NCBI GenBank assembly: GCA_964016885.1
Contig: OZ024745.1
Coordinates: forward strand, 14,322,001 to 14,386,000
Reading direction: 5' to 3'
Source of the DNA: Eledone cirrhosa
Taxonomy: Eukaryota
DNA length: 64,000 nucleotides
Shown: positions 1 to 11,885 of the stretch, piece after piece
How the letters are laid out: the number at the start of each line of letters is the position of its first letter
How positions within the stretch are numbered: the stretch's first letter is position 1
Made by a program: the position numbers and the translations under genes
Notes under the pieces: model-generated
Seen by the model: the letters and a program-made list of their open reading frames with translations, nothing else
What the model was told of the DNA's origin: nothing
The model's database searches: none

Positions 1-286
1 ATATAAGGAACTGTTTCTTTGTTTTTATTCATTATATTTATTAATTTATATATATATATATATATATATCATATGTATATATATATTTATATAGAAAAAT
101 GTATGACCCCGACGGCAGAGCTCAAGCCATTTCGACGGCTATTTCTGGACTCCAGAAATAGCCGTCGAAACGGCTTGAGCTCTGCCGTCGGGGTCATACA
201 TTTTCCTATTACCCACTCTATTACCCTAAGTATTGAGTACTCTGGTGCGTTATGGTCCATCTGGTTCCTTACCACACCTCCTTCGT

Positions 287-325
<39 letters not shown>

Positions 326-329
326 CATA

Positions 330-362
<33 letters not shown>

Positions 363-570
363 GTATATATATATCATATGTATGTATATATATATATCAT
401 ATGTATATAATATATATATATCAATATCATATGTATATATATCATATGTATATATATCATATATATATATATATATATATATCATATGTATATATATATA
501 TCATATCACACACACGCACACACAGATATATATATATATATATATGTTTGTGTGTTCGTGTGTTCGTGTA
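1..570. repeat. Degenerate (TA)n/(CA)n microsatellite tracts flanking a fold-back element
   Basis: Dinucleotide repeats at about 48-90 and 288-545; the ORF calls here are IY-rich artefacts. Confidence 0.95.
91..287 (+). mobile_element. Fold-back remnant with 59-bp arms; probable Penelope-like pLTR fragment carrying the 3' half of a hammerhead ribozyme
   Basis: 91-149 is the reverse complement of 151-209 (2 mismatches, 1-nt loop at 150). The right arm reads GAAA-CGGC-ttgagctct-GCCG-TC-gggg, matching a hammerhead GAAA/stem III/UC. The element lies between (TA)n tracts. Confidence 0.6.
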
Positions 571-1424
571 TAATGACGAGAAAATGCTAGTGTTAAAAGA
601 AACATGTGAAACTCTCAGACGTTATTTGTATATAACATAATTAATTTTATAATAAAAGAACAAAAGGATATGAATTCTTGACAAACAACTTTTTCTAAAC
701 GTTCAGCTAACAAGCAAACTTTTAGAAAAGATAATTTCTTTCCTTAGTTATTGAAGTAATACGATAAGAAAAATAATTCATCATGAACAAACGTCTGTAT
801 CATTAAATAATTGGCTATTGATCTATTGTTTATCGTCGCAGTCAATGGTTATTTTTAGAGACTGCTTATATTGTCTCAAATGGCAGTGATGAAGTAGACT
901 TTTAATACTTATAAGCTACTCAATTTCTAACTATTTATACGAAATAAAAAAGAGAAAAAGAAGAAAACATTGCAGTAATTATTTGGAGGAGTGTGTAATA
1001 GAAAAAAAAATTAAAATATTATTTTTGTTCTGATATCAGTTTTATCTTGGCAACTCTTGTCTTTCGCTTCATTTCATAAAAATATAACAATAAAAATATA
1101 TTTCAAGCTAAATCTACTTTAATCCTTAGAAAAAGTGTTACACAAAAAAAGAAAAGAAACGCCGTACAAACAAATCTACATAAACACGAGTTCACATACA
1201 CACACATACACTCACACACAGGCATAAACATACATTAATACACACACGCACATGCACATTACACTTACCTTATACACACACATACAGAGCAGCGGATTTA
1301 ACTCCTCTTGATACTAAAACCCGAAAACGTCCCTGGTTCTAGGATAAAGTTTGTTTGAAAGTATATATAGACCTATCTAAAAACCCTCCATAATTCTACA
1401 AAAAATGTTCCAAACACAATATAT

Positions 1425-1575
1425 ATAATTGTCTCTATTTTAAGCACAAGGCCAGCAATTTGAAGTGGAGGGGAAAGTTGATTAAATCGACCCCAGTACA
1501 TTACTGGTACTTTATTTTATTGACCCCGTAAGGATGAAAGGCAAAATTAACTTCGGCTGGATTTGAACCGAGGTG
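1425..1575 (-). mobile_element. tRNA-derived SINE family 1, partial copy
   Basis: Shares gcacaaggccagcaatt...ccccagtacattactggtactttattttat...aaggatgaaaggcaaa with the full copies, e.g. 58058-58244. Confidence 0.85.
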
Positions 1576-1809
1576 AGCTTTGCTTTCTATATAATAAAAA
1601 CACCATCTATATAATGAAAATTATTAGTTATATTACTGAATACCTTCAAGTTCCTGATTATTTTAAAAACTATTTGAAAATCACAAGAAATTTGGTAATG
1701 AAAGGGTTTGACATACATTTAGTTTTACTTGGGTTTCTGTGTGTGGTGTGTATGGTGTGTATGGACGTACTTTCTAAATTATAGTGCTACAAGACCATTC
1801 TTTATTCAT

Positions 1810-1885
1810 GATCGAATCCACCGACAAGATCCCAGAGCTAATTCGCTTAATGAGTGGGGTGGAACTCATCAAACTGGACTACGGG
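1810..1885. repeat. Short dispersed repeat of about 75 bp, also at about 62088-62158 and 62931-62998
   Basis: cgaatc..cgacaa.atc....ct.attc.ctta..gagtggggtggaactc.tcaaa recurs three times. Confidence 0.7.
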
Positions 1886-2124
1886 GCAGTATCCGGACTG
1901 TTGTTTTTTTTGTTTGCTACCAGGTTGTATTTTAATATTAGGTGAAGGCGTTAATGGAGCTGCGGCTTAGTTTTGCTTGTATGTTTTCTATATTTGCCGT
2001 AGGAGTGTGTATATTATTAGTTAAGCTAAGTTGTGTCAGATGGCTGTTGTTAAATCTGGTGTCATTAATGCTGTCATGGTGTTGCAGTATGAGATTGATT
2101 TTACTGGAGTCATTTATGTAGTAA

Positions 2125-2200
2125 AGGCGCGTGGGTTAGTGATTAGAGAATTGGACTCGCAATCCTGAGGTTGCGAGTTCGATTCCGAGACCGATGAGGT
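2125..2200 (+). mobile_element. tRNA-derived SINE head (family 2)
   Basis: A-box-like tgggttagtg and B-box gagttcgattcc at tRNA-like spacing; similar to 10870-10940. Confidence 0.55.
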
Positions 2201-3535
2201 CTGGGATCGATTCGTTATGATACTGTTCATAGTGGTAAAGGATGTTAGGATGTTCTTATTTAATAAAAAATATATCATTAGGAATTTTAGTTTCAGCCTG
2301 GGTTTCATACATATAGAATTACCATATAATTAAAATTAATGCTGTTGCCCATGGATATAAAATAATTGATCTCAGAAATAGTTTAAGTGATTAGTGTTTT
2401 GCCTAAAATCCAAAAGGCGCCATCTTACAGAAATATTCATTGTTATAACCTTCTCAGAAATTGATATTTATTAAATACGATGCTCAATATCTAACAGAAG
2501 TCATTCTTTTACTAGAAAAAACTTGCTTGGTAATTCTGCGTTATGAATGCCCTTTGGTCATGGAACATGACAAGATATTTTATCATCGTTTGTTCTGATA
2601 ATTCTCTTAACAGAAATGTCAGCAGGCATCATATCTACTTGATTTTAGGTTCATGTTAGAAAATTATCACGGGGTTATTATGTTTTCACACAGGGGACTG
2701 AGAAATCCATTACATTGATTGAAGCATTTTAAAGGATTTAGAAACAGCGTTCTTTGTAATAACCAGCAACAAAATCTGCTGAATATATGATACTGATGGA
2801 TGACATTTGAAATGGCAGAAAATATTTATAAATCAGTGAGAAAGAACTCTCAGTATCAATTGTAACATTTATATACCGTTGTTTCATATGAATTTTTATA
2901 CGTGATCTTAGCTTGAGGCATCGTTGATACGACACAGTATCAAAATAACGCTGCTCTAGCGGTGATAAATATTGTGACGTGATAATACAGAATAATTACT
3001 CTGACAGCTCCTCTCTCATCGTGCCACCGTTTGGCAGCACTGATCGAAGACATTGTATTATGGAGGCCTGCTGTCGGATTGTATAAGGGTAATTTGAGTG
3101 CTTGACGCCACAGTAGGTTGCAATATTACTTGGTGCAAATCTATTTAATCTTTTTACTATAGTTTCTGACTTGTACTCCATTGGCTACTGAATTTGAGGA
3201 GGCCTCCCACCGCCATTGACGTTAAACTGTATTCGTAGACTTCAGTCCAACGTATATACTCTGACACATCTTACTAATACGGAAACCACACGAGGCAACG
3301 AAGTAACCTTGGCATCTCCTCATATTTCAGCCACATAAAACAAGGGAGGAAACATTAGCCAATGAAGCCTTAGACACTCATAAAAAGACAGGATGGTCAC
3401 GGCTGGATTATTTTGATCATAGGTTTGCTTGATATGTAACAACGTAAATTTCACATTCTATTTCCCTCTGTGCTACAATCTCTTTTCAAACATTGCTTTA
3501 AAAAGTGTTTGCTTTAAAAAGTGTTGTCACCACCA

Positions 3536-3627
3536 CATAAACTAGGATTTTAGGCAGGGATAGCATAAACTAGGATTTTAGGCAGGGATAGCATAAACTA
3601 GGATTTTAGGCAGGGATGGCATAAACT
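3536..3627. repeat. 28-bp tandem repeat, about 3.3 copies
   Basis: Unit cataaactaggattttaggcagggatag. Confidence 0.9.
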
Positions 3628-4200
3628 TTCCTTAAATATTTTACTTGCAGAAAGAGAAAGATTTTATACGTGAAAGTTTTAAAAAGACTAAGAAGTGTCT
3701 TTCATACAGTAAGAAATAATATCTTATATAATGGAAAACACCCATATTAGTGCCATCAAATAAATATTGACAACACTTATAAGATTTTAACTCATTTTTA
3801 TTCCATACAACCATCGCTGTATAGACTAAAACTGATTTTTTTAAAATTTAGAATTTTCTTTTCGGACAGTAATTATTGTTATTTTCTTTAGAGTAAAAAA
3901 ATACGATTGAGATAAATTATTGACAGCTTAAAGAGAAGCCTCACTAAAGTTTTGTATTGCTAGAGTTAGACGATATACTGCTCATGTCTATTGTCAAATT
4001 TACTTGCCAATTCTTTTAAACCACACAATTATTCAGAGTTAAGAAAATAATATAAATATTTTGGGGATCAGAGACATTGATGCTCTTAATAGAAAAATAA
4101 CTGTATTTGAATATTTAATCAATAAAAGTAAAACACATCAGGTATGTTTGTAAATCTGTACCATCAATTGTGAGCGAAAATGTTTCATGGTTAATATTTA

Positions 4201-6236
4201 TCTATATAAATAAAAGTCGAATGTCGTCCATTCGTGTGTCAGTCCACATGGAAGCGGGATGGTGAAAATTCTAAGGCGAAAAAAAAAATCAAACGGCGTT
4301 CCAACTTTTGCACAAAGCTCTGTGTGAGTATATGTGTGTATGTGCGTGAATGTATTTGTGTGTAAAAGGGAGGAAGGGGGATGGTGAATAAACTACGGCA
4401 AAAACAGACTTCCAAACTTTTCCATGCTCTGCGTGAGTGTATGTGTGTGTGTGTTTGTGTGAATGTATGTGTGTGTTTGTGTGAATGTATATATATATAT
4501 ATGTGTATGCGTGTGTATTTGCGCGAGTTTATGGGTGATTGTGGTTTTATATTTATACACACAAATATATATAATAACAACGATATTAATTCAAATGTAA
4601 TTACAGGTGTATATAACGATTCGAATGTAAATAATATATTCAATATGTTTGTATATATAAGAATATGTAATTATATATATATTCATTCTCTCAGCGAAGA
4701 GTTCACATTGATAACTGTGGAAATATGGACTGCAATTGTCAGTTTTGCTCAGGAAAACATTTTTCTGCAGAGAAGCCATCCGGTTGACGTTTTAATAATT
4801 GTTGTCACCAAGGCAACATTTTACGTCCTATCAGAAGAGAATTTCCACCATATTTAGTTTCATTGTTATTTGATCAAAATCATCCTCATTATAGGAATTT
4901 CAAAGAAAACATTTGGTCATATAATTCATCACTACCATTCGCTTCGATTGGTGCTCAAGGACAGAATCCACCAGGAAAAGGCCCATTTTGTTCCCGTATG
5001 CGTGGACAAATTTACCACAGAACTTCACATATTCATTCAGATGAAGACAAACGAAGACAATATGCTTAGCTTTATGTTGTAGACAGCGCCCAAGCAACAT
5101 AAATAAGAGCTCAAAATCACGCCAATTCAGGTTTCTTCCAAGAAATGCTCGATTATTTGGATAATATTATTCGTACAGATTATGTGTATACTCAATTAAA
5201 CACTTCGTGAATTTGAAGTACATGATGGACACCGTGCTCAAGAAGAAAACATTGATATGCCAAGCATCAACTTAGTATTCAACAGGTATTGTAATACCGA
5301 CAGAAGGAGATACAATTTGCCAACAGTCAATGAAATTGCTGTTGTATTTAGAAACGAAGAAGGCGAACCACCATTCGTAGAGATTTTATCCCAGGAAATC
5401 TGAGGTTCCTACTATAAATCTCAACATCTTGAGCCCAGATCCTGATCCAATGACATACGTATTGTTTTTCCCACACGGTGAACCAGGATGGCAACCAAAC
5501 ATGACTGGAAATCGTGATGACCAGCAACGACAAAACAGTTCAATGCTTCAAAATAAAATATCTTTAACTACTGTAAGAGATAATGAATTCAATCCCCTTT
5601 TGCACGAAGGAAAACCTTTTCAACAGTGAGTTGTAGATTCTCACTTACAAGTTGAAGCTAACAATTTAAATTACATACGAATCCAACAAAACAATCCGAA
5701 AGTGGAACAATAGCAAGGACTTGCTGACCATTTAGCCAATGCAGCAAATACTGAAGATGCTCGAATCGGACAGACAGTCATTCTACCATCATTCTACCAT
5801 CATCTTTCCAAGGATCACCAAGAAATATAAGAGAGCGATACCCAGGTACCAGCAATTGTAAGAAAATATGGTCCACCTGATATATTTCTTACAATTACAT
5901 GCAACCCTAATTGGCTCGAGATACAAAACAACCTTTTCCCGGGTCAAACAGCCTCCAGTAGGCCAGATTTAGTGGCTCGGGTGTTCAATATTAAGTTGCA
6001 GGAACTAATAATTGATGTAACAAAATGACATGTGATTGGCTGAATTATCACACATTGTTACACCATAGAATTTCAGGAAGGAAACAAGCAGATAAGGCAT
6101 GTTAGTTGCAGAGAGAATTTTCACAAAAAAATTTGTAATAAAAGAATTATTAAAATAAAAACTTTATAAAAACTAAAAACTTTATATATAGAATGCTACA
6201 ATTAGTCGTCATTTTTGAAGGCACGGGACCAGTTAG
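4201..6236 (+). mobile_element. Internally deleted Helitron with a Rep-domain pseudogene
   Basis: Broken frames give Helitron Rep/Hel motifs: YNSSLPFASIG, GPF..RGQIYH, DPMTYVLFFPHGEPGW, ILPSSFQGSPR, YGPPDIFLTITCNPNW, RPDLVARVF, YTIEFQ. Putative 5' end A|TCTATATAAATAAAA at 4201 and degenerate 3' end gcacgggaccagTTAG|T at 6236. The helicase domain is absent. Confidence 0.85.
4863..6075 (+). pseudogene. Helitron RepHel N-terminal/Rep fragment with many stops and frameshifts
   Basis: ORF fragments 4863-5069 and 5429-5629, plus motifs readable at 5780-6075. Confidence 0.85.
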
Positions 6237-6350
6237 TCTATACAAATAAAGATGGACTGACAAAGATAGTTGTAAAAGAAAGAATATTACCTTGCGTTGT
6301 ATAAAGCTGAGAATATAAATATTTTGGAGAGAACTTCTATTTAGATAATC

Positions 6351-8771
6351 CAGGGTCTCGGATACTGGAAGCTGAACGTGTCGTTGCCGGCACGTAAAGC
6401 TTACAGTGAACGGAAAAGTAGACTAGTCAAGCAACAGTTAACGGGAGCCATCGTCAACAATAGATGGTGGTACTCTCGCAAGAAAGCAATTAGAATAGAA
6501 TCGATAGGGTATAGCAGAGAGTTAGCCTTAGAGAAAAACAGAATAGAAAGAGAACTAGTAGCAAAGGTAGAGGAGGCACTTAGAAGTGACAACGCGCTAG
6601 AGTGTTAGCGTCGAGAACGGCACTGGACCAGTTCTTCGATGCGAAACACGAAGGCTGCGTGGTCAGAAGCAAAACACGTGCTCTAGGAAACGAAGGAGCG
6701 AAAGCTGTCAGCTGGGCCCGAGTGACGGAGGCAAAAAGTGGAAACAAGTCCACGATTCGGTCTTTGAAAGACCAAAACGGACGCGTGCTACTTGACTCCA
6801 AGCAAATGTGCCCGGCCTTTCAGCGGCACTTTGCGCGACTGTTTGAGCAGAACGACGGTGAGCCGAACGGGGCAATGGACTTTAGTTCATACCTCGACGT
6901 CCTGCCGCGTCTCTCGAACACGTCTCCGTGTTCAGAGGATGGATCGAGGCGATGCACACCAGCATCTGCTCGAGGGTCAAGGTGAACGGCTACCTATCGG
7001 AGCCGTTCGCAATCACGCGTTCCATTCGACAGGGGTGCCCTCTCTCCTCCATTCTGTATGTATTGACTCTAGAGTCACTACTGCGGAAATTGGAGCTGTT
7101 GCAGGGCATCCCTCTAGAACCGGGACTGCGCCAAGCGGCGCCGGCTTATGCCAACGACGTGACGGCAATGGTATCAAGCACCTCGGAATCGGGGTGATCG
7201 GCAACTTACTGAAAGAATACGAAACGCTGACGGGAGCAAAACTAAACCCGGACAAGTCTGTCGGTTTGCAACTCGGTACGTGGAGAGGCAAGCCGATGAC
7301 GTCCGGCAGCGTCGTTGGACGCTGGACGGACGGACCGATGAAATTGCTCGGGGTCTGGTTCGGTCCAGACCTCCAGGTGGAGAAAAGCTGGAACGAGGTC
7401 ACGGCCAAGGTATTTGCACTCAGCCAGAAGTGGGCAGAGTGCAAACTGTCCTTGAAAGGTCGAGCGGAGGTGGCGAACACTTTCATAACGTCCGTCATCT
7501 GCTACCGCTTGACTGTCGTGCCTTGTCCCCGTGAACACCTCGCCAAGATGGAACGCATGCTCTTCCAGTTTCTGTGGAAGAAGCAGGCTCCTCTGGTGAG
7601 GAGATCAGTCTGCTGTCAGAACCCTTCCAACGGAGGGCTGGGAATGCCGTGGCTGATGATGAGCAAACATGCGCTGAGGCTGCGGCATCTCCAGGTATTC
7701 CTCACCGACACCCAACCGGTGTGGGCACCGTTTGTGAGACAGGCTTTCCCACAGCTCGTCTCGCTGACGGAGCTGCAGTCCTGGGTGAAGAAAAGACCGA
7801 AAACGATGGGCGCCTGGCACATTGAATGCGCTCAACGCTCACATTCCTCTTGCAAGCGGGCGCAGAAATCAGTGGAGACTCCACTTCGACATTCTATAGA
7901 GGGATTGTACGTTACAAGGGCGACGACGTGCTCGGAGAGACAATGGGCGTCGAAGACAATGAGTTCACCAGTATGTTTGGTAGGACTTTCCGCCCGGGAC
8001 CTATGGACAACTTCCAGAGGTCCCTGGCCTGGCAGTGCTTCCGAGGAGCTCTACCGGTTTGTGACAAGATCTACAGGCACGGACGCCCCGGCAGGGATCC
8101 TTCCAAGAGGATGTGTCCAAGATGCGCGCAGGACATTGAAATAGTCTTGCACGCAATTGTACACTGCCCGGGCGTAACCGACCTGTGGAACTATGCAGAA
8201 CAACTGCTGTCGCGTATGGGACAAATCCAGTTGACTGCCGAGTCCATAGTAAGGATCAAACCGCCAGCCTCTTTCTAAAACGAAAGAGAGGCGGTTTTCC
8301 TCTGTACGGTGGCTATGGTGAAAGAAGTTATATGGTGGACGAGGTTGAGAGGACTGAGGACAGATGCCTTTCTCTCCGGACAACAATTGATTCCCTTCTT
8401 TAAGTATCACTTTAGAAGCAGAATCAGGGTGGAGAGAGAGGCACTGCACCCCAGTTAATTTACTGAAAGATGGGTGAATGAAGCGAAAATGGCCCGAGTG
8501 ATTGGGCCTTCTCTGTTTATAAGCCTGTAGGTTGAGGAAGATAGCAAAAGGAATAAGGAGCACTTGCACAGCACGCTCCTGGAGTTGAGGGTTGTTCTAT
8601 CGACGGGGTATTAAACAACCCATTTGTGGAGCCTCCCCCCTATTGGGGATTTCGATTGTTGTAATTGTTTGTTTTTATATTTTTTACACGACTAAATGTA
8701 AAATCCCCGGCATGTCTTTGTATTGTCCCCTTTTCTTGTGCGCCCTTGTGGCTAATAAAGAAATATATCTA
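6351..8771 (+). mobile_element. Tx1/L1-clade non-LTR retrotransposon copy A; 5'-truncated, with an internal RT deletion near 6920
   Basis: Motifs GYWKLN, RQGCPLS, AYANDV, GGLG and C-terminal CPRC..E...HAIVHC. ORF2 stop at 8528-8530; 3'UTR ends AATAAAGAAAtatatcta. Confidence 0.93.
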
Positions 8772-8824
8772 TGTATACCAAAGGAGATTATGTTCAATTA
8801 CAAAACAACAAACTATCGCATATA

Positions 8825-8985
8825 TACAAGGGTAGGCTGACCAAGATACTATCATGGAATAACCAAGTTTATTTTTTAACGTAGTCTCTGGAAAGAAACA
8901 ATGCAGAGTTGAAATTAATGCATGTAAGATTTCACAGCATCACTCCTTCATAGTCAGCCAATAAAGTTTTCGGCCGACCCTCGTA
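8825..8985. mobile_element. Tc1/mariner-type MITE remnant
   Basis: Imperfect TIRs TACAAGGGTAGGCTGA and TCGGCCGACCCTCGTA (reverse complement TACGAGGGTCGGCCGA), bounded by TA. Confidence 0.6.
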
Positions 8986-9347
8986 CATATATGTTTATTA
9001 AAGAGCATAAAGGTGTGTGAATATATTAATATCGAAAGAAACTTCTAAATGTTTGTTAAACTATTTGACCAATAGAATTTTGAAACATTTGTTTCAATTA
9101 TTAGAAAAAAGAATTTGCTGAGCACGTAGTTCCCCTAATGACACCGAGGAATTATATAGGATTAGTTAACGTAATAAATACAGTCAATTTGTTAAACATG
9201 TTATATATCAGACCACTTAATATTCTTAAATAACGAAATAGTGCTTTAATAATGTGAATATTATTAAATTAAAAGGTGTTAAAGTAATACTAAAGAGGGG
9301 GAAAAATAAACAATATTAGTTTTAATTTTAGTAACTAATATTACTAA

Positions 9348-10050
9348 CTACCAGATATTTTGTTTTAGTCTCATTCATTCTCATGAATAAGACTAATAAG
9401 ACGAATGAATGAGACTAAAACAAAATATCTGGTAGAGAATGTTGAGAAGCCAGAGGGGATCACTAAAGTAGGCGGGAAGCCGCCTGAATTGGTTGAGGGC
9501 TTCCTGTATTTGGGAGCAAAGATTGGGAATACGGAAGATGATGTGGTTGAGAGGAAGAGCAAGGCCTGGGCGGCGTGCCACAGCTTGAGATCGGTGTGGA
9601 AGTCGGACCTTCGTAGAGACCTGAAAATCCGCCTCTTCATTGCTGTAGTGGAGTCTGTGCTGCTGTATGGGTCTGAGACTTGGACACTGACCAATAAACT
9701 CACTCAGATGATGGATGGGTGCTACACGAGAATGCTGAGGATGGCTCTGAACATTAATCAGTATACACTGAGGATGAAAAACTCAGAGCTGTATGGGAGC
9801 ATCCCAAAAGTCAGCTCAAAAGTGACACAGAGGAGACTGAGGTTAGCTGGACATGCTCACCGACATCCAGAGTTGACATTGCACTGAGTGCTCCTTTGGG
9901 AGCCCCTACATGGACACACTAGAAGAGGAAGACCAAGGTTAACGTACGTTGATGCCCTAAGGACAGACACTGGTCTATTGGAGACGCAGGAAATGGCAGC
10001 GATAATGAGGGACAGAGACCGCTGGATCTCGGGAATTTTACCCGCCTTAG
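9348..10050 (+). mobile_element. RTE-type LINE 3' fragment (RT C-terminus) with an inverted duplication at the 5' junction
   Basis: ORF 9405-9887 has FLYLG, LLYGSETWTL and RRLRLAGH, continuing past a stop to RGRP and RDRW. atattactaacta is duplicated at 9338-9350 and about 10051-10063. Confidence 0.85.
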
Positions 10051-10867
10051 ATATTACTAACTAATAAGAGTAATATAGCAGCTACCGACACTGGAGATTT
10101 CTGTACAAAATTCTCCAAATGATAATAGACATTTTTATTTGTATTTATGTTTTTCTCGTCAGAAGATACTGTCATTGTATCGTCATCCGAAGATTAAGAA
10201 ATTCTTTACTTGTTTTAAATGCAGCTGCAAGGAAACTATTCTTAATATTTTCTGAACATAATTAATATATCTATTTAAATTAACACATGGAGAATGATCA
10301 AAACATAAATATAATTTAGTAGATCCATTATCGGGTATTTGAATATTTTCCCACAAATTCTGAGGAATTTAAAGAATTCCATAAGGACCAGTTGTAAAAA
10401 CTTTATTGATAGAAACTGACAAGTGGTTAAATTACCGGAAGCATATACGCTGCAGTATAACATAAAATGAAAGAAAACACGCAATACGTGTAATATAGAT
10501 CTATAAAAGATCTAGGTTTATAGAATAAATCCATAAAGATACGAATGAAGATAAGAGCTGCAATTCCTAAACTTGAAAATATGTGAGTATTTCAAGCATT
10601 CATTTATAGCAAACAGAAACTTTAATGAATATGTCATTGATATTGAGCACAATGATAAAACCTAGCACGGACATCATCAATTGAATGAAATATAAAATTC
10701 ACAGCTATTTCCTTTATAATTTTATTGCCAAAGAAAGATTCAGATTCATAACTGTAGAGCTTGGAAACTGGGAAAAAGTCAAAGGCCGGGAATATTCTAG
10801 ATATGAACAAAATCTCCTTATAGTTGGGGGTGATAGTTAATATAAATATAAGTTTAACATTATGAGG

Positions 10868-11165
10868 GTAGATTGTTTAGTGGTTAGAGTACTGGGCTCA
10901 CTATCATAAGATCATGAGTTTGATTTCTGGACTGAGTGGCATGTGTCCTTGAGACTGACACTTTGTTTACTTTGCTTCAATCTACAGAAAAAATACGAGT
11001 CGTTTATATAAATCAAAAGCAATTCTTGTGCCACACCAAATCTCTCTGAGAATTACACTATGGGTACACGTGGCTGTGAATGATCAGCCACTTGCATGTT
11101 AATTTTCTAAGTAGGTTGTTTTTGTTGTTCGAACAACTGGAACAGTCACCGTCGAAACTGACGGA
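10868..11165 (+). mobile_element. tRNA-derived SINE family 2 with a gtgtccttga..gacact core
   Basis: A box tttagtggttagag, degenerate B box gagtttgatttc, and a V-SINE-like core motif tgtgtccttgagactgacactt. Confidence 0.6.
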
Positions 11166-11392
11166 AGCTCATCAATTATAACGTCAACATTTTATTACTG
11201 AACAATTCTTGTAATAAATAGCGCTCTTATCTGCGGGTCGCAGCCACAACACCGCCACGCCCTAGACCTAGGGCCCCCTCATCTTTCTTCTGTGACCCGA
11301 AAGTCCTTGCTTTTCCTCTCCTTTATGGCCATCATAGTCCTTTCCTCTACTTTTCAATAGTATACTGTTATTTGTAAAACAGATCTGTTTTA

Positions 11393-11800
11393 ATAATGGT
11401 TTCTGATTTAGGCACAAGGCCAACAATTATGGGGAGGGGAAAGTCGATTATATCGACCCCAATGCATTACTGGTACTTTGTTTTATCGACTCTTTAAGGA
11501 TTAAAGGCAAAGCTAACCTCCATGTGATTTGAACCCAGAAGGGTCGTAACTCTATACCACGAAGCATGGTGTTCGACGCTCTACTATACTGTCAATCAGC
11601 CATGCTGGTCTCTCTTAATAATTATTTCTAATATAGACACGAGCGCAGCAATTTTGGCGGAGGGGAAAGTCGAGTAAATCGGCCCCAGTGCATTACTGGT
11701 GTTTTATTTTATTGACCCCTTAAGGGTGAAAGGCAAAGCTAACCTCGGCGGGATTTAAACTCTTTGCTGCGAAGCATGGAGTTCGACACTCTACCGATAC
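11393..11800 (-). mobile_element. Two adjacent SINE family 1 copies (about 11393-11605 and 11620-11800)
   Basis: Family consensus motifs present in both copies. Confidence 0.85.
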
Positions 11801-11885
11801 ACCCATTCTTTCTCCCCAGAATAGCAAATCTCTGGAACTTCCTTCCCATCAATATATTTCCTGTAATATCTGATTTAAAAACCCC
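11800..11885 (+). mobile_element. CR1/jockey-like LINE ORF2 C-terminal remnant, duplicated at 14042-14127
   Basis: FFLPRIANLWNFLPINIFPVISDLK resembles the FF.R...LWN.LP...FP terminal motif of LINE ORF2 proteins. Confidence 0.65.

Noticed and set aside
2996-3230. Possible host exon (61-aa minus-strand ORF)
   Set aside because: No recognisable domain or convincing splice context.
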